A DNA stretch of 64,000 nt from an uncultured bacterium (GTDB taxonomy: Bacteria; Omnitrophota; Omnitrophia; Omnitrophales; Aquincolibacteriaceae), in contig CAYLPP010000008.1 of assembly GCA_964385615.1 (NCBI GenBank), forward strand, positions 31,150 through 95,149. Reading direction: 5' to 3'. A program made the position numbers and the translations under genes. Position 1 is the stretch's first letter. Every line of letters begins with the position of its first letter. Below the pieces are notes generated by a model. It searched no databases. It saw only the letters and a list, made by a program, of their open reading frames with translations, and was not told the DNA's origin. Below are positions 1-11,800 of this stretch, piece by piece.

Positions 1-204
1 GAAGAAGTGATGGAAAAAATTCAGGGCATCCGCCTGGTCGGAATTTCATGGGGGGATGAACCGCTGGCTATGGTTGAGGATTCTTCCACTGGACGGACTT
101 ATTTTTTGAAGAAGAATCAGGAATTTCACGGCGTGAAGGTCCAGGAAATCCAGAAACAGAAAATTATCGTGACTTATGAAGGCCAGGAGGCCGAGCTGAT
201 CTGA
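1..204 (+). CDS. C-terminal fragment of a PilP/GspC-like secretin-interacting protein (5' end outside the window)
   Basis: The reading frame is open from nt 1. The C-terminal ~65 aa (IQGIRLVGIS...YFLKKNQEFHGVKVQEI...) matches the small beta-domain of PilP/GspC homology regions. Its stop overlaps the secretin start (ATGA). Confidence 0.5.
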   Translation, partial: EEVMEKIQGIRLVGISWGDEPLAMVEDSSTGRTYFLKKNQEFHGVKVQEIQKQKIIVTYEGQEAELI

Positions 205-1769
205 TGAGAAAGAAATACGCGTCATTTTTACTGGCGGTACTGCTGGCTGTTTCCGGTTTGCCGGCTTCCGTCTCCGCCGATGACGCCAATTCGCTTCCCG
301 CCCGGCTGGGGCTTGACCGCAATGCCGCGGGGCTGAATGAACGTATTACCCTGGACCTCCGCAATATGGAAATTACGGAAGCGCTTAAATTCCTCGCGCT
401 CAAAGGCAACCTCAATATGGTTATCGGCAAGAACGTGACCGGCCGTCTTTCGCTTTTCCTCACGGATGTCACGGTTGCCGATCTTTTGGAAATTATTCTT
501 CTGACGAATAACCTCGCCATCGCCAAGCAGGGCGATATTTACAACGTGATGACGGAAACGGAGTACCAGGCGCTTTACGGCAAGAAATACGCGGATGTCC
601 GGATGGCTAAGATTATGAAGCTTCGCTACGCGGTTCCAAGCCAGGTGTTTACCGTGCTTTCGGCTTCCAAAAGCGACATCGGTAAAGTAGTGATTGATGA
701 AGATTCCGCCACGCTGATTATGGTTGATACGCCTGACCGGATTGCTGAAATGGAGCGGATTGTCACTGAAATGGAAAAAGGCCAGAACATGAGGATTTTT
801 AACCTCCGGTTCGCCAAGGCGGCCGATGTTGAACTTCAATTAAAGGAAAGACTCGACGCCTTGAAGCTGGGGACGGTTAAGTCGGATGAGCGGAGCAATA
901 CTCTGGTGGTTACGGCTTTGTCCAAGAGAATGGAAGAAGTGGAGCGTATTATCCAGGCTCTGGACGAAAAGACCCGGGAAGTGCTGATTGAGGCCCGGAT
1001 TGTCCAGGTGACCCTGACGGACAGCTTTGATGCCGGGATTAACTGGCAGGAAGTGCTTCGTGACGCCGGCAATGAAATCGGCGTGGAGAAGTATATGCCG
1101 ACTTTCAGCGGGACCTTTCCTTTAAGAAGCACGGCAACCCAGTTCGGCCAGCTGGTCGTCGGCAATTCCGCGACTAACTCCTTCAGCGCCACCATGCAGT
1201 ACCTGCAGACGGTGGGGCAGACCAAAATTCTTTCCAGTCCCCGGATTACGGCCGTGAACAAGGAAGCCGCCCGCATTCTGGTAGGTACGCGCGAAGCTTT
1301 CGTAACCACGACCACAACGACCGGTCAGACCACTTCCACCACTGCTGAAAACGTGACTTTCGTTGACGTGGGTATTTCACTTGAAGTGACTCCCACGATT
1401 AATGACGACGGTTACGTTACCATGAAAATTAAACCGGAAGTTTCAAGTGTCGGGCGCACACTGGTGACTCCGACGGCTAACCAGATTCCGATTATTGATA
1501 CAACGCTGGCAGAAACCAGCGTCATGGTAAAAGACGGAACGACAATTGTGATCGGCGGGCTGCGCAAAGATCAAAAAGCCAAGACGGTCAGAAAAATTCC
1601 GATCCTCGGCAGTATTCCGATTTTGGGCGCCGCGTTCCGCGGAACACAGGAAGATCTGACGAAAGTCGAGCTCGTCGTTTTTTTGACGCCTTATGTCATT
1701 AACGGAGAAACGACTTTTACCGACCGCCAAATTCAGGACAAACAGCTCAAGCCATTTAAAGCGTATTAA
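204..1769 (+). CDS. Secretin (GspD/PilQ family) of a T2SS/T4P-like system
   Basis: It has a signal peptide (LLAVLLAVSGLPASVSA) and two Secretin_N-like domains. The C-terminal secretin signature is GTTIVIGGL...IPILGSIPILGAAFRG...VELVVFLTPYVI. Confidence 0.85.
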   Translation: MRKKYASFLLAVLLAVSGLPASVSADDANSLPARLGLDRNAAGLNERITLDLRNMEITEALKFLALKGNLNMVIGKNVTGRLSLFLTDVTVADLLEIILLTNNLAIAKQGDIYNVMTETEYQALYGKKYADVRMAKIMKLRYAVPSQVFTVLSASKSDIGKVVIDEDSATLIMVDTPDRIAEMERIVTEMEKGQNMRIFNLRFAKAADVELQLKERLDALKLGTVKSDERSNTLVVTALSKRMEEVERIIQALDEKTREVLIEARIVQVTLTDSFDAGINWQEVLRDAGNEIGVEKYMPTFSGTFPLRSTATQFGQLVVGNSATNSFSATMQYLQTVGQTKILSSPRITAVNKEAARILVGTREAFVTTTTTTGQTTSTTAENVTFVDVGISLEVTPTINDDGYVTMKIKPEVSSVGRTLVTPTANQIPIIDTTLAETSVMVKDGTTIVIGGLRKDQKAKTVRKIPILGSIPILGAAFRGTQEDLTKVELVVFLTPYVINGETTFTDRQIQDKQLKPFKAY

Positions 1770-1789
1770 ATTTTCAGGAGTCCGGCCTC

Positions 1790-2836
1790 ATGCTTAAAAA
1801 AAGCGTTTCAAATTTTATGATTTTTATTTTATCGGGCGCTGTGATTTTCGGAGCGCCGTCCGCTTTCGCGGATTCTGAAAAAGATGAATTGAAAGCGAAG
1901 GTTGATCAGCTTCAAAAAGATCTCGCCACCGTTACGGCTGACCGTGACAATGTTCTAAAACAGGCGAAGAATTTTTTGAAGGATAAAGAAGAAGCTGTTA
2001 AAAAAATGGAAGAATTAAAAAACGCGGGCGCTCAGACCGGAGTCGAAACCGACGCGGCGAAAAAGGAAATGGAAATTCTGAAGTCTGAGATCGAAAAGCT
2101 GAAAACCGCCCGAACCCAAGACGCGGAAAATTTTCAAAACGAAAAAAAGTCGCTCGAGGACAAAGTCGCCGAGCTTGAAGCCAAGTCCAACTCTCTGGCT
2201 CAGAGCATGAAAGAAAATACGCCCGAAAAAATCCGCGAGATGAACGCGGACCGCAGCCGGCTTGAAGAAGAAAATAAAAAAATGGCGGAGCGGATCATCG
2301 ATAATGAGAAGATGATGCAGGAAATGAAACGCAAGATGGTGCCGTTCGAACTTGACCGTGAAGAGATCAGTAAACTGCGCACGGAGAATAAAGAGTACGC
2401 GAAGCGGATGAAATATGTGACTGAACTTGAAAAGCGTCAGCAGCAGCTGATTAAGGAAAACGCTGAAAACCGTGAAAAACTCGAGGTTTTAAAGGCTAAA
2501 TTCAAGGAATCAGTGCCCGGGCTGGCCAAAGCGGGCCGGATTTCACAAAAAATGATGCGCGAAAACGCGGATATGCATTATAATCTGGGCACGATCTTTC
2601 TGAATAACAAACAGTACCGCGAAGCGATTCGTGAATATGAACAGGTGCTGGAGTTAAGGCCGAACGATCCGGAAACGCATTACAATCTCGGAGTGCTTTA
2701 CGACGATTATCAGCGTGACCGGGAAAAAGCGCTTTATCATTATCAGAGGTATCTGGCGATTAATCCAAAAGCGCCGGACGCTAAGAAGGTCGAATCGTAC
2801 ATTTTATCCCTGGAGCTTGAACAAAAAGTAAGGTGA
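1790..2836 (+). CDS. Secreted coiled-coil / TPR-repeat protein (possible PilF/PilW-like secretin assembly factor)
   Basis: It has a signal peptide with no lipobox Cys, a long K/E-rich coiled-coil, and C-terminal TPR-like repeats (HYNLGTIFLNNKQYREAIREYEQVLELRPNDPETHYNLGVLY...). It lies directly 3' of the secretin. Confidence 0.5.
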   Translation: MLKKSVSNFMIFILSGAVIFGAPSAFADSEKDELKAKVDQLQKDLATVTADRDNVLKQAKNFLKDKEEAVKKMEELKNAGAQTGVETDAAKKEMEILKSEIEKLKTARTQDAENFQNEKKSLEDKVAELEAKSNSLAQSMKENTPEKIREMNADRSRLEEENKKMAERIIDNEKMMQEMKRKMVPFELDREEISKLRTENKEYAKRMKYVTELEKRQQQLIKENAENREKLEVLKAKFKESVPGLAKAGRISQKMMRENADMHYNLGTIFLNNKQYREAIREYEQVLELRPNDPETHYNLGVLYDDYQRDREKALYHYQRYLAINPKAPDAKKVESYILSLELEQKVR

Positions 2837-2861
2837 GAGTGATTCTCACGAAAAAAAATAA

Positions 2862-5800
2862 GTGATAAAACCTGCGCAACGAGGCGGAAAAAAAACAGGG
2901 GTTTTCCTCCAAGCAGGATTTTTGTCTCTTTTTTTTCTGTTTTTCCTCGCGACATCTTCCTTCGCTGAAATCCGCCAGTGGGATTTTGATAATCCCGAAG
3001 ACTATCAATTCGATCAAAACCAAATTAAAATTAAAGACGGTAAAGCAAGTCTGATTCCCGTCGCGCCTTATCGCGATGCCGGCGCTCAATCTTTTCAGCG
3101 CGGTCAGTTTGATTTGAACACGACTGTCGACCGCGGAACTTTGGAACTTTCACTTCGCGGTCCGCAGGAAACGGCAGGCCCCGAACTTCCGTCGCCGGTC
3201 GGTAACCGCGAACCTGGACTCGCCGCGCTTTGGCATCTTGATGAACCGAACGGAACCAATCTTTTGGATTCTGTGGGGAGGACGGTCGCGAAAGCAAGTG
3301 ACGCCGAAGTTGTCAGCGGCCAAACCGGATTTGGTTACGCGCGTCTTTTTGACGGCGAAAAAAGTTTTGTTTTTATTCCGCATTATGAAACGCTCAGCCT
3401 CCGCGGTCCTTTTTCAATTGAAACCTGGATTCGCCCGCTCGCGGTAAAATCTTCCAAACCGCAAACGATTGTTTCCCGCTGGCAGACGGTTGGGGCCCAG
3501 CGCGGATTCGCGCTTCAAATTAATACGGAGGGGAAACTGGATTTTCTGGTTTCCGCGGACGGCGCGACCGTGACTCACCAATTAGGAAATACTGTTTTAA
3601 GCGATGGGGTCTGGCAGCACGTCACCGCGGTTTATACCGGCAGTGACCTCCGCATTTATGTGAACGGAATTTTAGACAGCGCTCCGCTGGCTTTTTCCGG
3701 GCCTGTTTATTTTGCCGACAACCCGGTTTATCTGGGGGCTCTCGTAGACAATCGCGTCGATCAGTTCTATCAGGGTGTCATTGATGAGGTCGCTATTTAT
3801 CAAAGACCGCTGACCGAAACGGAAACTCTGACTCATTTCGGAAATATTCAGGGCCTCGCGGGGCTCTGGCATCTGAATGAGCGCGGGGGAGTTCTGGCGG
3901 ATGCTTCCGGGTATGGTCAAAACGGGAATGTTTCCGGGGATGTCCGCTACGAGACTGAAGGCCGGATGGGAACAGGCTTGGGGTTTTCAGGCCATAATGC
4001 TTATGCTCAGATTGCCGGTTCCAGCCGGTTGGCTCCTCAGGGGCAGATCACTCTTGAAGCCTGGATCAAGCCGGAAGTTTTTCCAGGCCTAGGCCGGCGC
4101 GCTTCGGTCCTTTCTATATATGAAGAACCCGCCCCGGGCGGAGCTCCGGGAGGCGGGGAGATTTCTCTTTCAGTTTTAGGGCCGGATGGGCGGATTGCCG
4201 CTTACGCTTCCAAGCTTCAGCCCGCCGAAGTCCGGGGCCGGATTTCCCTGACTCCCGGTGTCTGGCAGCATGTGGCTGTGACCTGGAGCGAAGGGCGTGT
4301 TCAAATCTACAATAACGGAATTCGTGACACGTCATCGGCCTATACCGGGTCACTTGATTTTGTTTCCAAAGCGGCAATGCGTTTGGGCACGGATGCTTCA
4401 GGAACCAGTGCCTTTCAGGGGAGTATTGATGAAGTTGCGGTTTATCGCCGCGCGCGCACCGGTTCTGAAATAGCGGCTTCAGCCGGACTTTTCGCGCCTT
4501 CAGGAATTTTCACCTCAGAGGTTAAGGATGCCGGCGGAGTTTCCCCGTGGAAGACTGTGGAGTGGAAACTTCCTCTCGACTACGGTTTGGCTAATAACGG
4601 ACAGGAAGCCGGGCTTCTGCACCTTTTTCATCTGGATGACCGGGAAGGCTCCGGGATCACCAACTCCAAAGGAGAAATTCAGGCAAGCCCTATCGGAACG
4701 TATCCGGTTCCTGGCATTTTCGGGCAAGCCCGCTGGTTCGCGGGTAAAGGGTATGACAAGATTTTGTCACAGAAAGATTTTCCCGCTCTCTCTACTTTCA
4801 GCATCAGCTGTTGGTTTGAATTTGCTTCCGGTCAGGCCGGGCTGAGCGACCGCATTTTCAGCATCGGTGACGGGAACCCGACGGTCTTCCGTGCCGGGGA
4901 CGGCCGGATGCATGTTCAGATGCAAGGCGCCCGTGAAATTATCGGCGACCGGATTCTGGGTGACAGCCGGTGGCATCATCTGGCACTGACGGCTGACGGC
5001 CGGAATCTCTTCTTATATATAGATGGTCTTCTGGACGGGGTTTCTCCTTTTATGACGGCCTCCGCTCAGAGCCCGCTTGTGCTTGGCAATTTAAAGAGCA
5101 CGGATACCTTTCAGGGCGCGATTGATGAATTTCTTTTTTACAATTATCCGCTCGACCGTGACACCGTGCTTCAGCAATTCCTGCGCGGGCAGATGGATGC
5201 CAAAATGCTGGTGCGCAGTTCCGACAGCAAAGATTTTTCGAGTGCGGCCTGGCGCGGTCCTCAAGGGGTGAAGCTGGAAGAAGAGCCGGCTATGTTCACC
5301 TCAGCGCTCTGGCATTTTGATGAAAAAGTTTTCCGCGGTCAGCCTGGGGAAATTCAGGATGCAGGACATTTCGCCAATCACGGAACGGTCTTCGGTAAAA
5401 TCTCTTCTTTCTCAGACTCGATTTCCGGAAGCGCGGTTCGTTTTAACGGGAGTACGGACTTTATCCGCGTTACGGACACCGACAGCCTGCACCCGGATAA
5501 ATTTACCATTTCCGCCTGGGTTCGCCCGGATGAGATGGCCGAAGGCCAGGTGACTCTGATCGATAAACAGTTTAAAGCGGGCGCGCCGGTTTTTTCCTCA
5601 TTTGCTTTGGATTTGATCGCGGGGAACCGTCTCGCTTTGCGTTTGGGCCGGCCCGGCGGGTACCGTCAGATTGAAACCGGGCGCGATGGAGAGGTTGCCG
5701 CGGGCAAGTGGAATCATGTCGCCGCGGTTTTTGACCGCAAAGAAGTCCGGCTGTATATCAACGGTAAAAAAGTGAAGACGGCTGATTTCCGTGAGCCTGT

Positions 5801-8800
5801 TCCTTACGATGACGGCCCTCTTTATTTCGGCCGGTACGCTTCTTCCGAAGCGCGGTACTTTCGCGGAGCTCTGGATGAAGTTCATCTGATGAACACACCG
5901 GCTACGGACGCCGAGATTGAATCCCGTTTTGCTCAGGCGGATCCTGGAAATTTTTTCCGGCCGTCCGTAGAAACGCCCGCGGGAGTTTCGCCCGCCCGTT
6001 ATTTCCAGTATCGTGTTTTTCTTAGCACGCGTCAGCCTTTTGCGAGTCCGGCAGTTTCCGAAGTTAACCTTCGGGGCAGTTCATTTCCCGCGGGGCGTCC
6101 GGCCGTTTCTCCCCGGAGCGGAATTTCCTACGCTGAAATTTCAAGTTTCACCGATAAGAAGGGGGCGGGAAACGCGGGGCATGTGACTTATCAGATTTCT
6201 CCGGACGGTTCGAACTGGTTTTTTCATAACGGACGGCGGTGGGTGGTCGCGGCCGGTTCTAATGAATCCAATACCTCCGATCAGATTCAGACCCAGGTGA
6301 ATAGTTTCGCAAAAGAGGTTGGGATGGGCAGTTTTTACTTCCGCGCGTTTCTTCAATCGCCGACCGGCATGGAGCCTGCCGAAATTGAAGATGTCGAAGT
6401 GGAATATCTCCCGAATAAAGTCACGGTGACTTCGCCTAATGGCGGTGAGGCGCTTCTGACCGGAACCTCGCAGGTTATCCGCTGGAATACCGCGGGTGAA
6501 ATGAAGAAAGTCTCTATCGAATATTCCAAGGACGGGTTTCATAATGATTTTCATGAAATCGCCAAAGGGATCGACAATACGGGAAGTTTTGAATGGAAAG
6601 TTCCGGATGACCTCTCGACTTCCGTGAAGGTTCGGGTCATGGACAGCCTCGACCCGCGGATTTACGATATGTCGGATATTTCTTTCCGCGTTACGGGAAA
6701 GTTTGAGTTGATCACTCCGAATTCAGAAGAACGCTGGATGGCCGGAAGTCCGCAGAAGATCGTTTGGAGAACGCAGGGGAAGATTCCTGAAGTTAAACTG
6801 GATTACTCCACGGACGGTTTTGAGAAAACGGTTTTTCCGATCGTTGATTCCGTTAAAAATGAAGGCTCCTTTGAGTGGAAAGTTCCTGACCATCTTTCGA
6901 AGTTCGTCAAAGTCCGTGTTTCGGATGTCCGTGATCCCGAGGTTTTTGACAAGTCCAACGATTCTTTTTCAATTACCGGAGGTTTAGGGATTCTTTCTCC
7001 TCAGCTGGGAACCCGCTGGATCACGGGAAGTCAGCAGGAAATACGCTGGCAGTCGGTTGGAACCATTCCTCTGGTGAATATCGAGTACTTTACTTCCGGG
7101 CGGGGAGATTGGGTCAGGATCGCGGAGAATTTTGAAAGCCGGGGCAGTTTTATGTGGCAGGTTCCGGATGATATTGACGGCCAGGTTCAGATCCGCGTGA
7201 TTGACGCTTCCGACTTGAGAGTTTCCGCTGAGTCTGAACCTTTCGCTATTGTCGGCGGGTTGCGCCTGCTTAATCCGAAAGGCGGGGAGCAGTGGACGGC
7301 CGGAACACGGCGCAAGATTGCCTGGGAGACCATTGGCAGTATTCCCGCGGTAAATCTTGAGTATAAGTCCGGAGCGGATACCGCCTGGCAGACGATTGAG
7401 AAAAACACCGCCAACACCGGGTCTTATGTCTGGGAAGTTCCGGCTTCTTTAAATGGCGCTTTAACGGTTCGGGTTGTTGACGCGCGTGATCCTTTTACCG
7501 AAGCCGTGCACGCTTCGGCTTCCAGCGTGATTCCCGGTTTTCATCTTCAGGCGCCTAACGGCGGTGAGGAATGGAAGATCGGCACCGAACAGCAGATTAT
7601 CTGGGAAACCACGGGCGAATCATCCCAGGTCCGGCTTGAATATTCCAAGGACGGTTTCAAAAGTGATATTCATGAAATTATCGCCGCCGCTTCCAATCTG
7701 GGGAGTTTTACCTGGACGGTTCCGGATGATGCTTCGCAAAATGTCTGGATCCGGGTTTCTGATTCAAATAATTCCACGGCCCAGTCTTCTTCCAACGCGT
7801 CTTTCCGGATTTACGGCGGTTTTGAAATTCAAATTCCCAAAGGCGGAGAGAAATTTGAAGTTGGAAGTCAGGCGACGTTCGTCTGGGATACTTTGGGAAC
7901 TCTTCCCAATGTCCGGCTGGAATATTCTCATGATGATTTCGCCAAAGATTCGCGTCTGATCGAAGCCTCCGCGCCGAATGAAGGCCGTTATACCTGGACG
8001 GTTCCGGATGATATCGGGGACGGGTACCGCCTGCGGATTTCAGATACGCGTGATCCTAAAACCGAAGCTTATTCCAAAGAACCTTTCGCGGTCATGGGGA
8101 ATTTCCATCTGATTTATCCGGTCGGCGGGGAGGATTTGATTGCCGGAACGGTCGCGCGGATCGCGTGGCGCGGAGCCGGTTCGGTTCCTGTGGTCCGGAT
8201 CGATTACTCTGAAGATGATTTTCAGAAAAGCTTCAACACGATTACCGATAAAGCCCCGAATAACGGCGCTTATGACTGGACGGTCCCGAATTTGATCGGG
8301 CGCCAGTTCAAAATCCGTGTTTGGGACCCGTCTCAGCCTGATTCTGTGGATGTGATGAAACAGTCCGCGCGGATCGTTGGCGGTTTCCGGCTGATGGAGC
8401 CCAACGGCGGGGAAGTTCTTTATGTGGGCGACCGTTCCATGATCAAGTGGGAAACGTCCGGCACTCTGCCCCGCGTCAAACTGGAGCTTTCCACGGATAA
8501 TTTTACCCGGGATATTTCGGTGATCGCCGATTCCTATCCGAATAACGGTCAATATGACTGGCTGGTTCCTGACGCGCCTTCCGGCAGGTACAAAGTCCGG
8601 GTTTCGGATCCTCGTGACGTAACCGCGTTTGACATTTCAAATGCTGATTTCCTGATCCGTTCCCGGTTCACGCTTCAGTCGCCCAACGGCGGTGAAGGCT
8701 GGGCGGTCGGTGAGAAAAAAGATATCCGCTGGCAGACTTCGGCCGCTGTTTCCCAAGTCCGCCTGGATTTCACCACCAACGATTTTCAAAGTGTTTCCGT

Positions 8801-11800
8801 AATTGATAAATTGGCTCCGAATACGGGTCTTTATGAATGGACGGTGCCCGACCAGGTTTCCGAAAATGTCCGCCTCCGGGTTTCCGACACAAAGGATCCG
8901 GAAGCTTTTGATGTTTCTGACGCGCCTTTCCGCATTCAGGGAATTTTCCACCTGACCAGCCCCAACGGAGGAGAAGTTTGGAAGACGGGGGAACAGCGCG
9001 CTATTACCTGGCAAACGACCGGTCAAATCGAAGGTGTCCGTCTGGAATATTCCAGAGACGGATTCAGTTCGGAGTCCCGTGTCATTGTCGAATCCACGCC
9101 GAATACCGGGCATTTTAATTGGACGGTGCCGGATGATGTCAGCGCTCAGGTTAAAGTGAAGGTGATGGATGTCAAAAACCTGGAAGTTCAGGACGCTTCC
9201 GATCAGAATTTTGAGATCGTGGGTTCTTTTGTGGTGCTCGCGCCCAACGGCGGTGAGAGTTGGCATGCTACGGAGAAGCGGGAAATTACCTGGATGACTG
9301 TCGGAACCGTGAAAGATATCTCCATCGATTACTCCGGAGATGATTTCAAGACTTACGAAACCATTGAACACGGGCTGATGAATACCGGCCGTTACACCTG
9401 GGATGTTCCCGACCGGCTGGGAGAAAATTTCAAGGTCAGGATTTGCGACACGGATAATCCTCATGGCTGCGATTTCTCTGACAATGTTTTCGCGGTTCGT
9501 TCACCGCTTGAAATCACGGCGCCTCGAGGCGGGGAAGAATGGCTGGTCGGAAGCAATCAGGAAATCCGCTGGAATACCTACGGGAGTGTCCGGCGTGTGG
9601 CGGTTTCGTACGCTTCCAAACCTGGAAACTGGATCAAGCTGATTGATGAATTGCCGAATGAAGGTCACTTCCTTTTTAGAGTGCCCGACGATATTTCCCG
9701 GGAAGTTTTATTCAAGGTCACGGATTATGACAACGAAGTTTTAAGCAGTGTCAGCCGGGGCCCTCTCGCGATCCTGGGTTCTTTTGACCTGATCACGCCG
9801 GACGGCGGGCAAAAGTGGGCCGCCGGAACGACTCAGAAAATTTCGTGGGATACGCTTGGAGCCGTTTCCAACGCCCGCCTTGAATATTCTTTTGATGATT
9901 TCAAAAATGATATCAACTTGATTGAATCCTCCATTCCCAATACCGGTTCGTATGAATGGAAGGTTCCGGCCAAAACAGGTCTGACCGCGAAAGTCCGGAT
10001 TGCCGACGCAAATCATACCGAAGCTTTTGACACCTCCAAGGAGGTCTTTAAAATTATGCCGGGCATGACCGTGATCAGCCCGAACGGCGGGGAACAGTGG
10101 ACGGCCGGGCATAAGGAAAAAATCACCTGGAAGACCGAAGGTAAGTCGGATTGGGTTCGGATCGAATACAGCACGGGATCTAAGCCCGCGGTTGTTCCTG
10201 AAGGCCTGATCGGCCCTCTGCCCGCGCCGGTTTCCGAATGGAAGGTTATCACTGACCGCGCGCCGAACGGCGGTTACTATGAATGGGAAGTTCCGACGCA
10301 AAACGGAACGGAATATAAAATTCGAGTCGTCGATGCGCTGGATTCTGACGCCGTGGATGAATCCGACAATTTCTTTGAAGTTAAGCCTGAGATTCTGCTC
10401 AATCATCCCGTCGGAAAAGAAAATTTCAGGGTGGGTGAGCAGGCCGAAATTCTCTGGGATACCGTCGGTACCATTCCTTTCGTGAAAGTGGAATATTCCC
10501 TGGACGGTTTCAATAAGGATATCCGCCCGATTGCCGACAAGCTTGCGAATGAGGGCAAACTCCTCTGGACGGTTCCGGATACCATCACGGATAACGCTAA
10601 AATTCGCGTTTCAAGCAGTGACGACGCGTTGGTGCGCGCCGTTTCGCCCGCGCCATTCAAGATTCTGCCTCCTTTTGAAATTTTGGTTCCCACTGGAATT
10701 GAAAAGTGGACGGTCGGCACGGAGCAGACCCTCAAGTGGGATTGGCGTGGAACGGTGGAAACGGTCAAGCTGGAATATTCGGTGAATGATTTTTCGTCTT
10801 CAACGGTTCTGATTCCTGCGGCTCCCAATAAAGGTTTCTTTGTTTGGACGGTCCCGGATTTGGCTCACGCCCAGGTCAGTCTGAAGGTTTCTGACCCCCG
10901 TTATCCGGAAGCTTCCGCGGTCTCCAAGCCGTTTAAAATTATTCCCGGATTTAAAATGACCGCGCCGGCCGGCGGTGAAAAATTTGATACCGGAAGCCGT
11001 CAGAATATCGAATGGCAGACGGCCGGGCTGAGCACCAAGGTCAAGCTGGAGTATGGAGTCGTCAGGGACGGTGTTACCGTTTGGAAAACGATTGAGAATG
11101 TCATCCGTAATTCAGGCCGTTACGAATGGAAAGTTCCGGATGATCTTTCCAGCCAGGTTAAAGTCCGGGTTTCCGACGTTCTTGATTCAGCGGCTTTTGC
11201 TGAAAACGAAGGAACTTTCAAAATTCTGGGTGTTTTTAAATTGCTGTCTCCCCGGGCGGATGAATTGCTTCGTATCAATGACCGTTTTCAGATCCGTTGG
11301 GAAACGCAGGGGAAGGTGCCCAGCGTTAAAATTGAATACACCGACGCGCCTGAAAGGGCGGACGCGTACAAGCCGGTTGAAAATCTCTGGCAGAATAACG
11401 GAAATTATTTCTGGACGGTGCCGGACACGGCTTCTGAAAAAGTCTGGCTCAAAATCTCCGACGCGGCTGAGCCCGATGCTTTTCGTCTTTCCGAAGCTCC
11501 ATTTAAGATTCGCGGTTCTCTGGCTTGGGATATGCCCGTGGAAGCCGGCGGTTTGAATTGGCCTGTCGGCAGTCAGCAAACTTTGAAATGGGTAACTGTC
11601 GGCACGCTTCCTCGCGTTAATCTGGAATACACGACGGATCAGAAAACCTGGAAAACGATTGCTTCCGGTGTTTCCAATGCCGGCAGTTTTGGCTGGACGG
11701 TTCCTGATGATACTTCCCGGAATGTTCTTCTTCGGATTTCCGACCCTGATCTCCCGGTCATTTCAGATGTGACGGAGCGCCCGCTTACGATTTCGGCGGA

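Noticed and set aside
164-1730. Minus-strand ORFs overlapping the secretin gene (164-526, 228-839, 836-1315, 1443-1730)
   Set aside because: They are antisense to a well-supported secretin CDS with a canonical C-terminal signature. No features support them.
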